DNA of 24,804 nucleotides, from NCBI GenBank assembly GCA_046050045.1, contig JBJOQI010000093.1, positions 1 to 24,804 of the forward strand, read 5' to 3'. The stretch is from Pseudomonadota bacterium (lineage in GTDB: Bacteria > Pseudomonadota > Alphaproteobacteria > Rhodobacterales > Rhodobacteraceae). This document shows positions 8,451-17,411 of the stretch, one piece after another; positions within the stretch are counted from its first letter, which is position 1; every line of letters starts with the position of its first letter. The position numbers and the translations under genes are program-made. The notes under the pieces are model-generated. The model had not been told where the DNA came from. It did no database searches and saw only the letters and a list, made by a program, of their open reading frames with translations.

Positions 8451-8963
8451 TCAGCGCTTCGAGAACTGGAAGCTGCGGCGGGCTTTTGCCTTGCCGTACT
8501 TCTTGCGTTCGACGACGCGGCTGTCGCGGGTAAGGAAGCCCGCGGCCTTCAGCGCCGGGCGAAGCGAGGGTTCGTAAAGCTGCAGCGCCTTCGAGATGCC
8601 GTGCTTCACGGCACCGGCCTGACCCGAAAGGCCGCCGCCGGCAACCGTCGCCATGACGTCGAACTGGCCTTCCACGTTGGCGATGGTGAAGGGCTGGCGC
8701 AGGATCATCTGCAGAACCGGGCGCGCGAAGTAGGCGCTCATGTCCTTGCCGTTCACGGTGACCTTGCCCTTGCCCGGCTTGATCCAGACGCGGGCGACCG
8801 CGTCCTTGCGCTTGCCGGTGGCATAGGAGCGGCCAAGGCTGTCACGCTGCGGAGTGCGCGGCGCGGCTGCTTCGGTGACCGTCGTGGCAATGGCTTCGGC
8901 GGCAGCGGCACGGCCCGAAACGGCCGACTTCAGCTCGTCGAGGGATTTGATTTCGTCGGCCAT
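8451..8963 (-). CDS. rpsI: 30S ribosomal protein S9
   Basis: [59 protein letters not shown]. Confidence 0.99.
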   Translation of the reverse strand: MADEIKSLDELKSAVSGRAAAAEAIATTVTEAAAPRTPQRDSLGRSYATGKRKDAVARVWIKPGKGKVTVNGKDMSAYFARPVLQMILRQPFTIANVEGQFDVMATVAGGGLSGQAGAVKHGISKALQLYEPSLRPALKAAGFLTRDSRVVERKKYGKAKARRSFQFSKR

Positions 8964-8965
8964 TC

Positions 8966-9430
8966 TCAAGCGCTCCGGGTGTTCTTCGGGTTCATCGACT
9001 TGACGTCGAGGACTTCGGGGTTCTGCGCTTCATGCGGGTGCGCGGCACCGGCATAGACACGCAGATGGGTCATCTGCTGCTTGCCCAGACGGTTGCGCGT
9101 GATCATGCGCTCGACCGCCTTCATCACCACGCGCTCGGGGTGGGCACCTTCAAGCACCTGCTCGGCGGTGCGGAACTTGATGCCGCCCGGATAGCCGGTG
9201 TGCCAATAGTAGCGCTTGTCGGTGCGCTTGCGGCCGGTCATCTGCACCTTGTCGGCATTGATGACGATCACGTTGTCGCCCATGTCCATGTGCGGCGTGA
9301 AGGTGGGCTTGTGCTTGCCGCGCAGGCGGTTCGCAACGACGACAGCCAGACGACCCAGGACGACGCCCTCGGCATCGATCAGGATCCATTTCTTCTGGAT
9401 GTCCGCCGGGGTAGCGGTGAAGGTTTTCAT
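8966..9430 (-). CDS. rplM: 50S ribosomal protein L13
   Basis: [64 protein letters not shown]. Confidence 0.99.
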   Translation of the reverse strand: MKTFTATPADIQKKWILIDAEGVVLGRLAVVVANRLRGKHKPTFTPHMDMGDNVIVINADKVQMTGRKRTDKRYYWHTGYPGGIKFRTAEQVLEGAHPERVVMKAVERMITRNRLGKQQMTHLRVYAGAAHPHEAQNPEVLDVKSMNPKNTRSA

Positions 9431-9493
9431 CGGTCGGTCCCTATGTCTTCGGGTCTTTGGACGGGCAATGCCCTGTCCGCATTCGGATGCGGG

Positions 9494-9522
9494 CTTATGG
9501 CCCATGTCCGCGCCCGGTTCAA
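9494..9522 (-). promoter_or_regulatory. Putative sigma70 promoter of rplM-rpsI
   Basis: Minus strand TTGAAC-N17-CATAAG, with an AT-rich tract directly upstream. Confidence 0.6.
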
Positions 9523-9579
9523 GTGGGTTGATGCCAATAAAACATCTGTAAAACAGTAGGTTACAAAATAGGTATCTAT

Positions 9580-10023
9580 TTACCCCATATTTCTGTCCGC
9601 CGGGGGCACCGAAAACGTCATCGTTGCGCGTGCAATCAGGGCCGCCTCCCCCTCGCTTTGCAACCGCGCTTCACCCACCGCCAATGCCCGGCCCAGCTTC
9701 AGGATCTCGACCTCGGCCAGAAGATCGCGCCCGGGGAACGGCTTGCGCATGTAGTCGATCGAGGCACTTGTCGTCACCGTCAGCGCCTTTGGTCCGATCC
9801 GGGACAGGATTGCCAGATAGACGCCGACATCAGCCAGGTTGAAGATCGCAGCGCCGAGCAGGCTTCCGCCCGGCCGCAGGTCCGCAGGCCGCGGGGCAAG
9901 GCGCAGGACCAGCCCCCTTTCGGTCAGGCGGTCCACCACCAGATGGGCCTGCTCTGGGAACGTGTCCCGCATGAAGTCCGTCAGATCGTCTACTGTCATG
10001 ACGGGAGCGGTCTTTTCTGACAT
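9580..10023 (-). CDS. PaaI-family (hotdog fold) thioesterase
   Basis: [56 protein letters not shown] at 10023 inferred. Confidence 0.88.
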   Translation of the reverse strand: MSEKTAPVMTVDDLTDFMRDTFPEQAHLVVDRLTERGLVLRLAPRPADLRPGGSLLGAAIFNLADVGVYLAILSRIGPKALTVTTSASIDYMRKPFPGRDLLAEVEILKLGRALAVGEARLQSEGEAALIARATMTFSVPPADRNMG

Positions 10024-10066
10024 CGGTCTGCGCTTTAGGCTGCCAAGGAAACGGGGAGTACTGCCG

Positions 10067-10855
10067 ATGACCGAACCATGCCTGCTGCGCGAGGACAAGG
10101 ATGGCATTGCCACCCTTACACTCAACCGACCAGCCGCGCTGAACGCCCTGTCGGACGAAATGCTCGCCGCGCTCCTGACGGCCTTCGGGCAGCTTGCCGG
10201 GGACCGGCGTACCCGCGTTGTCATCCTGCGTGGCTCAGGCCGGGTCTTCTGCGCAGGGCACGACCTGAAAGAAATGCAGGCCGCCCGCGAAGGGGCTGAC
10301 AAGGGCAGGGCTTATTTTGCAGACCTTTTTTCCCGCTGCGCCGCCGTGATGCAGGCAATCCCCGCCCTGCCCCAGCCCGTCATCGCCGAGGTCCACGGAA
10401 TTGCCACCGCCGCGGGTTGTCAGCTTGTGGCGTCCTGCGACCTGGCCGTCGCGGCCGAGGGCACACGCTTTGGCGTCAATGGCGTCAACATCGGGTTGTT
10501 CTGCTCGACACCGATGGTCGCCCTGACGCGCAACGTTCCTCGCAAGGTCGCCTTTGAAATGCTGACGACAGGCGAGTTCATCGATGCCCACCGCGCCCGA
10601 GAGGTTGGCCTGGTGAACCGCGTGGCACCCCCTGACCGGCTGCATGACGAGACAGTCTCGCTGGCCGGAACCATAGCGGCAAAGCTCGATGCGGCCGTGC
10701 GGGTCGGCAAGCGCGCCTTCTACGACCAGGCAGGTCTGCCGCTGGCCAATGCCTACGACATGACCGCTTCGGTGATGGTCGAGAACATGCTCTGGCGCGA
10801 CACCGACGAGGGGATCGCGGCCTTCCTCGAACGGCGCAAGCCCGACTGGGCCTAG
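10067..10855 (+). CDS. Crotonase-superfamily (enoyl-CoA hydratase-like) protein
   Basis: LTLNRPAALNAL, FCAGHDLKEM, PQPVIAEVHGIATAAGCQLVASCD, EGIAAFLERRKPDW; GGGGAG RBS before ATG 10067. Confidence 0.93.
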   Translation: MTEPCLLREDKDGIATLTLNRPAALNALSDEMLAALLTAFGQLAGDRRTRVVILRGSGRVFCAGHDLKEMQAAREGADKGRAYFADLFSRCAAVMQAIPALPQPVIAEVHGIATAAGCQLVASCDLAVAAEGTRFGVNGVNIGLFCSTPMVALTRNVPRKVAFEMLTTGEFIDAHRAREVGLVNRVAPPDRLHDETVSLAGTIAAKLDAAVRVGKRAFYDQAGLPLANAYDMTASVMVENMLWRDTDEGIAAFLERRKPDWA

Positions 10856-12057
10856 GCAGCGCTGATCCGGTGGCGCAGGATCAGCCCCAGCCCTCCTGCG
10901 GCCAGCGCCATCGCGAGGGCGGCAAGCATGACGGCAAGCGCTCCGCCCCATTGCAGCAGCAGCGCCCCAAGCAGCGGCGCGGCGGCATAGGCCAGCAGAG
11001 GCGCGACTGACAGCGCGCCCCAGATCGCGCCAAACCCTTCGCGCCCCAGGACGTCAGCCGCCAGCAACGGCCTCAGGATCGTGATGATCCCCGCCGCCGC
11101 CCCCTGCGCCAGCGCGAAGAGAAGCCAGAAGGTCGGGACCCCCTGCCCGGCCATCAGAACGACCACCGCCGCGACGAACCCCGCCAGCACCCAGAGCGTA
11201 AGCCCGCGCAACGGCAGCCGGTCCCCGGCCAGGACCAGCATCAGCCGCCCCGCCACCTGAGCGGGCCCCATCGCAGCAGCCAGCATGACCGCAATGTCGT
11301 GCTCTGCGCCTCGGTCGATGAAGACCGGCAGCGCAAAGGTCGTCAGCATCGCGTGGTTCATCCAGATCAGCGCAATCATCCCGGCGAGCAGCCAGAAGGC
11401 CGAGGACCGAAGTGCGCCCGACAGCTGCCCTGCAGCGGCCGCGCCGGCTCCGGGTGGCGCGACCCCTGCCCCCGCCGCGGACGAAAGAAGCCGCGTCCCG
11501 ATCAGATTGAGCGGCAGGGTCACCAGAACCTGCATCACCGCAAGACCGATCAGCGCGCCCTGCCAGCTGAAGGCGCGGTTCAGGGCGTCGCCAAGGGGAA
11601 AGGCGATGGTCGTTGCGAACCCGCCCACCAGCGTCACCCGCACGATGGCACCGCGCGCGCCGGGACCAAGCCAACGGGTCAGCAGGGCAAAGCACGTCTC
11701 GAACTGGCTGGTCGCCTGGCCAAGTCCGATCAGCAGGAACCCGGCGATCCAGACAGCGGGCAGGCCCTCGGCCCGTGCAGCAAGGACCAGACCAAAGGCC
11801 GACAGGACCGGGCCCGCAAGCAACAGCCGCGGCCCCGCCCCCCTGTCCACGAGCCGGCCTGCAAAGGGCGCAAGCGCGGCGGCAAGCAGCAGTCCTGCGG
11901 TCGGCCCAAAGGCCAGGACGGCGCGCGGAATGCCTGCGCCGGTCGCCGGGTCGGTCAGGGCGACGACCAGCGCCGCAAAGGCAAAGGTCTGTGCGACATA
12001 GCCCGCCGTCTGCCCGACGGACAGTGCCCAGACCCCTGCCGAACCGCGGGCGATCAC
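10852..12057 (-). CDS. MFS transporter
   Basis: About 12 hydrophobic segments; motif-A-like APFAGRLVDRGAG; GPAQVAGR in the C-terminal half. GTG start overlaps the carboxypeptidase stop. Confidence 0.85.
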   Translation of the reverse strand: MIARGSAGVWALSVGQTAGYVAQTFAFAALVVALTDPATGAGIPRAVLAFGPTAGLLLAAALAPFAGRLVDRGAGPRLLLAGPVLSAFGLVLAARAEGLPAVWIAGFLLIGLGQATSQFETCFALLTRWLGPGARGAIVRVTLVGGFATTIAFPLGDALNRAFSWQGALIGLAVMQVLVTLPLNLIGTRLLSSAAGAGVAPPGAGAAAAGQLSGALRSSAFWLLAGMIALIWMNHAMLTTFALPVFIDRGAEHDIAVMLAAAMGPAQVAGRLMLVLAGDRLPLRGLTLWVLAGFVAAVVVLMAGQGVPTFWLLFALAQGAAAGIITILRPLLAADVLGREGFGAIWGALSVAPLLAYAAAPLLGALLLQWGGALAVMLAALAMALAAGGLGLILRHRISAA

Positions 12058-13535
12058 AGCCGGTAAAGCTCGCCGAACTTCGCTTCGAGATAGTCCAGAA
12101 GCGGCCCTTCGTCCGGTGCGGTGCCGCAGGCCTGGGTGATGACCTGCTCTGGCGGCATCAGGCCGCCATGCCGCTGCACCGCGTCGCGCAGCCAGTCGGT
12201 CGCAGGTTTCGCCTCGCCCTCGACCAGATGCCGGTCGAGGTCGGGCACGGCCTTGCGCAGTGCCTTGTGCAGGCAGCCCGCATAGACATTGCCCAGCGTG
12301 TAGGTCGGGAAGTAGCCGAACAGGCCAACCGACCAGTGAACATCCTGCAGCATCCCCTGCGACGGCCGCTCGACCGACTGCCCGAAGTCATGGGCAAAGC
12401 GGTGGTTCCACGCCTCTTGCAGGTCTGCGGCCTGCAAGGAGCCACCAACCAGCGCGCGCTCGAGATCGAAGCGCATCATCACGTGCAGGTTGTAGTGCAC
12501 CTCATCCGCCTCGGTGCGGATAAAGCCGGGTTGCACCCGGTTCACCGTCGCGTAGAAGCTTTCTGCATCTTCCACGCCGAAGTCGCCGAAATGCGCAATC
12601 ATCCGGTTCCACAGCCAGCGCGTGAAGGCGCGGCTGCGGCCAAGCTGGTTCTCGTAGATCCGGCTCTGGCTTTCATGAACACCCATCGACACCCCCGCAC
12701 CGAGCGGTGTCAGAAGATGGGCCTGGTCGATGCCAAGCTCGTAGCAGGCATGCCCCACCTCGTGGATCGTGGAGTAGAAACAGTTGAACGGGTCATCCGT
12801 GCGCACGCGCGTCGTGATCCGGACGTCGTTGCCCGACCCGGACGAGAAGGGGTGAACCGCCAGGTCGATCCGACCGCGCGACCAGTCATAGCCGAAGGCA
12901 TCCGCAAGTTCCCGGGCAAGCGCCATCTGGGCCGGTTCGGGAAACTGGTGCGCCAGGGCGCGCGGCTGCGTCTCTGCCCCGAGAATTCGTTCGCGCAGGG
13001 CGACCAGCCGAGGGCGCATCCGGTCAAACATTGACCCGATGGCAGCGGCAGAGGTGTCGGGCTCGTAGTCGTCAAGCAGTGCGTCATAGACGGTGGCGCC
13101 GAATCCGCCCTCCATCAGGGCCTGCCCTGCCTCGCGTTTCAGCCGAAGGACGGTTTCCAGCGAAGGCAGGAAATGCGCCACGTTCTCGGTGGCCCGCGCC
13201 TCGGCCCAGATGCCCTGCGACAGGCTGGTGACGCGGGCAAGCTCGGATGCCAGCCGCGCCGGAATGCAGGATGTCTTGCGGTAGGCCCGGGAGATCAGCG
13301 CAATCGCCCTTTGGCCGGCGGGATCGGATGCCCTTGCCGTTTCAATCCAGTCGCCCACCCGCGGATCGGTCCTGCGCGCATGCAGGACGCCTTCGATCGC
13401 CGCCATTTCCTCGCCGCGCTGGTCGGCCGCGCCGCGCGGCATCATGGTTTCCTGGTCCCAGCCAAGGCGGCCGGCGATCTGGGCCAGCGCCTCGGTTTCG
13501 CGCTGGAAGGCCATCAGGTTCTCAAATGCGGTCAT
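12054..13535 (-). CDS. M32 family metallocarboxypeptidase (Taq-type)
   Basis: HPF, DVRITTR, HEVGH (HEXXH), HESQS, IRTEADEVHYNLH, QDVHWS, GYFPTYTLG. Confidence 0.95.
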   Translation of the reverse strand: MTAFENLMAFQRETEALAQIAGRLGWDQETMMPRGAADQRGEEMAAIEGVLHARRTDPRVGDWIETARASDPAGQRAIALISRAYRKTSCIPARLASELARVTSLSQGIWAEARATENVAHFLPSLETVLRLKREAGQALMEGGFGATVYDALLDDYEPDTSAAAIGSMFDRMRPRLVALRERILGAETQPRALAHQFPEPAQMALARELADAFGYDWSRGRIDLAVHPFSSGSGNDVRITTRVRTDDPFNCFYSTIHEVGHACYELGIDQAHLLTPLGAGVSMGVHESQSRIYENQLGRSRAFTRWLWNRMIAHFGDFGVEDAESFYATVNRVQPGFIRTEADEVHYNLHVMMRFDLERALVGGSLQAADLQEAWNHRFAHDFGQSVERPSQGMLQDVHWSVGLFGYFPTYTLGNVYAGCLHKALRKAVPDLDRHLVEGEAKPATDWLRDAVQRHGGLMPPEQVITQACGTAPDEGPLLDYLEAKFGELYRL

Positions 13536-14683
13536 TTCGAAGCCCTTATCGACGTGACAATGGGATAGGCCGCGCGGTGACGCGCCCTGACGATCAGCGT
13601 GAACAGCACCACCGCGCCCAACTGATGCGCCAGCCCGAGGATCAGGGGCGAGGCATTGAGGACCGTCACAATGCCGAGCGCGATCTGGACCAACAGCATC
13701 AGCCCCACAAGGTTGAAGGCGCTGCGGGTTTCAGGGTGGACCGAGCGGCGGCCGCGCAGCCAGACCACAATGCCGAAGATGGCCAGCATATAACCAGCTG
13801 TCCGGTGGATGAACTGGACTAGCCCCGGGTTTTCAAAGAACGCCCGCCAGGTCGCTCCGCCCTCGGGCACATAGAAGGCATCGGCGGGAAAGAAGGTCTC
13901 GCCCATCAGCGGCCAGGTGGGAAAGGCCCGCCCCGCGTCGATCCCCGCGACCAGCGCCCCCAGAACGATCTGCAGGAAGGCGAAATGCATCATCCCCGTC
14001 GCCAGCCCGAACAGTTTCCGCTCTCCCGACCGCCTCGCCTGCAGAAGCGCGGGTTCGGGGCGTGCCAGGGACAGGATGAACCAGGCCAGAAGCCCCAGGA
14101 TCGCGAAGGCAAGGCCCAGATGCGTGGCAAGCCGGTAGGACGCCACGTCCACCATCTGCCCGCTCAGTCCCGAGGCAACCATCCACCAGCCGATAGCCCC
14201 CTGAAGCCCGCCGAGCGCGCCAACGGTCAGAAGTCGCGCTGTCCAGCCCGCCGGAATACGCTTGGTCAGCCAGAAAAAGGCAAAGCCGATCGCCCAGACC
14301 AGACCGATCGTGCGCCCGAGCTGGCGGTGCCCCCATTCCCACCAGTAGATGAACTTGAAGCTTTCAAGCGTCATTTCCCTGTTCTGCAACTGGAACTCGG
14401 GCGTTGCCTGATACTTGGCGAACTCGGCCGCCCAGGCCGTTTCGTTGAGCGGTGGCAAGGCTCCGGTAACCGGCCGCCATTCGGTGATCGAAAGGCCCGA
14501 GTCCGTCAGGCGCGTCAGGCCACCCACGGCAATCATCACGACGACCAGCGCGAACAGCACCGCAAGCCAGCGGCGCACCGGGTTGCGGCCACGCTTCTGC
14601 CCGTCGATCATGCCGCCCTGCGGCTTTGGCGCGGCAGTCTTGCCTGCGCCGACATCCTCGAAAATGGTCCGGTTCTTCGCCAT
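13532..14683 (-). CDS. ctaA: Heme A synthase, type 2 (COX15-like)
   Basis: VGGLTRLTDSGLSITEW, WEWGHRQLGR, YRLATHL, QFIHR, HQLGA heme-ligand motifs; GGAGG RBS. Confidence 0.95.
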   Translation of the reverse strand: MAKNRTIFEDVGAGKTAAPKPQGGMIDGQKRGRNPVRRWLAVLFALVVVMIAVGGLTRLTDSGLSITEWRPVTGALPPLNETAWAAEFAKYQATPEFQLQNREMTLESFKFIYWWEWGHRQLGRTIGLVWAIGFAFFWLTKRIPAGWTARLLTVGALGGLQGAIGWWMVASGLSGQMVDVASYRLATHLGLAFAILGLLAWFILSLARPEPALLQARRSGERKLFGLATGMMHFAFLQIVLGALVAGIDAGRAFPTWPLMGETFFPADAFYVPEGGATWRAFFENPGLVQFIHRTAGYMLAIFGIVVWLRGRRSVHPETRSAFNLVGLMLLVQIALGIVTVLNASPLILGLAHQLGAVVLFTLIVRARHRAAYPIVTSIRASK

Positions 14684-14704
14684 ATGCGCCTCCGCTTGCG
14701 CGGG

Positions 14705-14733
14705 ACACTAGGGCCGCCCCAAGGGCGCTTCAA
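14705..14733 (-). promoter_or_regulatory. Putative sigma70 promoter of ctaA and downstream genes
   Basis: Minus strand TTGAAG-N17-TAGTGT in the 75-bp trmJ-ctaA gap. Confidence 0.6.
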
Positions 14734-14758
14734 CCCCGCAAGCCCGCGCCGGCAGCGC

Positions 14759-15511
14759 TCAGCCCCTGCTGTCCCGCGCCCGGACGATCTGTCGCAGCAT
14801 CCCGTGCAGGGTCTGCACATCGGCGCGCGTCAGGGGCATCCGGCTCCAGAGATTACGGATGTTCAGCTTCATGCCCTCGGCCTTCTGCGGCGGAAAGAAG
14901 AAGCCGGCTTCGTCCAGCCGTTCCTCGAAGTGGTCGCCCAGCCGCTGGACCTCGACCGCCGGCGCGAATTCCGTCCCCGCAAGAACCGTTGTTTCGGCCA
15001 CAGTTTCCGCAGTCTGGCGCATCCATTCATAGGCCAGCAGCAGAACCGCCTGCCCGACGTTGAGCGATGGAAACTCCGGGTTCACCGGGATCGAGACGAT
15101 CGCGTTGGCCCGCGCGATGTCGTCGTTCTCCAGCCCCGTGCGCTCTGGTCCGAACAGGAACGCGACCTTCTGCCCCGACGCGATCAGGGCACGCGCGTGC
15201 TCCATCGCGCGTTCGGGCGTCATGACGGGCTTGGTCAGGTCGCGCCCCCGCGCAGTCGTCGCAAAAACGAAGGCCGCGTCGCCGATGGCTGCGGGCGTGT
15301 CAGCAAAAATGCCCGCGAAATCCAGCACTCGCGTCGCCGCGCCGCTCGCCATTGCGACCGCGCGCGGGTTCGGCCAGCCGTCGCGCGGGTCGACCAGTCG
15401 CATCCGGGTCAGCCCGAAGTTCAGCATCGCCCGTGCGGCCGCGCCGATGTTCTCGCCCATCTGCGGGCGGACGAGGACGAAGACGGGTTGATCGGTTGCA
15501 GCGGCGGTCAT
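14759..15511 (-). CDS. trmJ: SPOUT RNA 2'-O-methyltransferase, TrmJ/LasT family
   Basis: LVRPQMGENIGAAARAM, FLFGPERTGLEN, FPSLNVGQAV. ATG at 15511 inferred. Confidence 0.88.
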   Translation of the reverse strand: MTAAATDQPVFVLVRPQMGENIGAAARAMLNFGLTRMRLVDPRDGWPNPRAVAMASGAATRVLDFAGIFADTPAAIGDAAFVFATTARGRDLTKPVMTPERAMEHARALIASGQKVAFLFGPERTGLENDDIARANAIVSIPVNPEFPSLNVGQAVLLLAYEWMRQTAETVAETTVLAGTEFAPAVEVQRLGDHFEERLDEAGFFFPPQKAEGMKLNIRNLWSRMPLTRADVQTLHGMLRQIVRARDSRG

Positions 15512-15575
15512 GGCATTTCCCAAGTTCACCCGGCCTGATACGATAGGCAGGCAGACCCGGCAAGGAGACGCCGCG

Positions 15576-15902
15576 ATGGCCTGGGACGAAGGACTGGCGC
15601 AGCTCATGCGCGACGATCTGGCCGAGTATCCGGTAACCGAACGCAAGATGTTCGGCGGGCTTGCATTTCTGTTGAACGGTCACATGGTCTGCGGCATCCA
15701 CCGCGGCGGGGCAATGTTCCGCGTGGGCAAGCCGAACGAGGTGGCGGCCCTTTCGGTTCCCGGTGCCAGCCCGATGATGTTCACGGGCAAGTCGATGTCG
15801 GGAATGATCGACCTGTCGGACGAGGCTACCGCCGACGACGACCGACGCGGCCGTGTCATGGCGCTGGCCCTGGGCTTCGTGCGCGCGCTGCCGCCGAAAT
15901 AG
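15576..15902 (+). CDS. TfoX/Sxy N-terminal domain protein
   Basis: ERKMFGGLAFLLNGHMVCGI..MFRVG and PMMFTGKSMSG; AAGGAG RBS before ATG 15576. Confidence 0.85.
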   Translation: MAWDEGLAQLMRDDLAEYPVTERKMFGGLAFLLNGHMVCGIHRGGAMFRVGKPNEVAALSVPGASPMMFTGKSMSGMIDLSDEATADDDRRGRVMALALGFVRALPPK

Positions 15903-15907
15903 CCCCC

Positions 15908-15936
15908 TTGGCGGCAGGCCCCGGTAAGGGTAATCC
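15908..15936 (+). promoter_or_regulatory. Putative sigma70 promoter of the thiE-like gene
   Basis: TTGGCG-N17-TAATCC, about 27 bp upstream of the ATG. Confidence 0.45.
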
Positions 15937-15963
15937 GGCCTGAACGCCCGAGGGGAACCCGCC

Positions 15964-16584
15964 ATGTCTGATGCTGATCGCCCGCAGATCTACCTTGTCA
16001 CACCCCCGGCCATCGACCTCGAGACCTTTCCCGACCGGCTGGCGCGTGTGCTTGATGCTGTTGAAATCGCCTGCATCCGCCTCGCGCTGTGGGAACGCGA
16101 CGAATTTGCGCTTGGCCGCGCGGCCGACGCCCTTCGCACCGTAGCACACGAGCGCGATGTCGCACTTGTCATCCAGAACCACCTGCTTCTGGTCGAGCGT
16201 CACGGGCTCGACGGCTTGCACCTGTCGGACGGCGCGCGGAGCCTGCGCGACGCCCGCAAGGCGCTTGGTGCCGATGCGATTGTCGGCGCGTTCTGTGGCG
16301 CGTCGCGGCACGAAGGCATTTCGGCCGGGGAAAGCGGGGCCGACTATGTGGCTTTCGGCCCCATCGGTCCCTCTGCACTCGGCAAGGGCGAGGTCGCAGC
16401 GCACGACCTGTTTGCCTGGTGGTCCGAGATGATCGAGGTTCCGGTCGTCGCCGAAGGGGCCCTGACCGAAGACCTTGTCCGGCAGTTTGCCCCGGTCACG
16501 GATTTCTTTGGCATCGGCGACGAAATCTGGGGGGCCGAAGACCCGGCTCTTGCCCTGCGCGCCCTTGTCGCCGCAATGGCCTAG
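15964..16584 (+). CDS. Thiamine-phosphate synthase-like (ThiE/TenI fold) protein, degenerate
   Basis: IYLVTP, DGLHL, GADYVAFGPI and VPVVAEG correspond to ThiE/TenI barrel motifs; several catalytic motifs diverge. Confidence 0.8.
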   Translation: MSDADRPQIYLVTPPAIDLETFPDRLARVLDAVEIACIRLALWERDEFALGRAADALRTVAHERDVALVIQNHLLLVERHGLDGLHLSDGARSLRDARKALGADAIVGAFCGASRHEGISAGESGADYVAFGPIGPSALGKGEVAAHDLFAWWSEMIEVPVVAEGALTEDLVRQFAPVTDFFGIGDEIWGAEDPALALRALVAAMA

Positions 16585-17411
16585 TCTGGCCTCAGACGCA
16601 GGGACAGCGTATCCCGGATCACGCCCTCGCAATAAGCGGCCAATCCCTTGCGGTCGGGGAAGCGGTCGACTCTGACCGGATCGTGGAACACGACCTCGAT
16701 CCGCCCCTGGCGGCAGGCGGCCAGCGTGTGCAGCAGGTGCGGGCCAAACTCCATGTCGCCCCACCAGCCGTAGAAGCGCCGGTCCTCGCCCTTTGGCGCA
16801 TGGTAGGCGACCGTCACCGGCTGGACATGCATTTCGTGTTCCAGCCCGTGCGTGTAGTAGGCCGCGAAAAGCGTCGATTTGAATGGCAGGACGCGCATCC
16901 CGTCGGTGCTCGTGCCCTCGGGGAAGAACAAGAGCTTGTGGCCAAGATGCAGCCGTTCTTCGAACATGCGTTGCTGGTGCTTGGCCTGACGCCTGTCCCG
17001 CGCAATGAAGACGGTTCCGGTCGCACGCGCCAGCCAGCCGATGCCGGGCCAGCCCGCAACTTCGGCTTTCGACACGAAGTAGACCTGCTGGCATGCGTTC
17101 AGCGCGAAGATGTCGAGCCAGGACGAGTGGTTTGCAACGACCGCGCCGTGCCGGGTCATCGGTTTTCCGGTCACGGCATAGCCGATCCCGAGCAGCGCCA
17201 ACGCTCCGCGGCAGACGGCCTGGGTGATGTGGGGCGTCCAGGGCCGGACAAGGCCGTGGATCAACCGCTCGGGCCCCCGGACAAGCAGCAGAAGGCCCAG
17301 TCCGCCATAGACGAGCAGCCCAACCACTGCCCCGCGCCGGAAAACCCGCAACCATGCCCCGAACGACAGGTCCGGATGTACCGGCTGGTCATTGCCCTGC
17401 CATGTCGTCAT
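16581..17411 (-). CDS. olsA: Lyso-ornithine lipid O-acyltransferase (PlsC-like)
   Basis: ANHSSWLD (HX4D), FVSKAEV, FFPEGTST; ATGA-coupled to the upstream olsB-like gene. Confidence 0.85.
   Translation of the reverse strand: MTTWQGNDQPVHPDLSFGAWLRVFRRGAVVGLLVYGGLGLLLLVRGPERLIHGLVRPWTPHITQAVCRGALALLGIGYAVTGKPMTRHGAVVANHSSWLDIFALNACQQVYFVSKAEVAGWPGIGWLARATGTVFIARDRRQAKHQQRMFEERLHLGHKLLFFPEGTSTDGMRVLPFKSTLFAAYYTHGLEHEMHVQPVTVAYHAPKGEDRRFYGWWGDMEFGPHLLHTLAACRQGRIEVVFHDPVRVDRFPDRKGLAAYCEGVIRDTLSLRLRPD

Noticed and set aside
8880-8963. Ala/Thr-rich N-terminal extension of ribosomal protein S9
   Set aside because: Variable N-terminal extensions are ordinary for alphaproteobacterial S9.
14684-14758. 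Possible FnrL site upstream of ctaA
   Set aside because: No TTGAT-N4-ATCAA match in the intergenic region.
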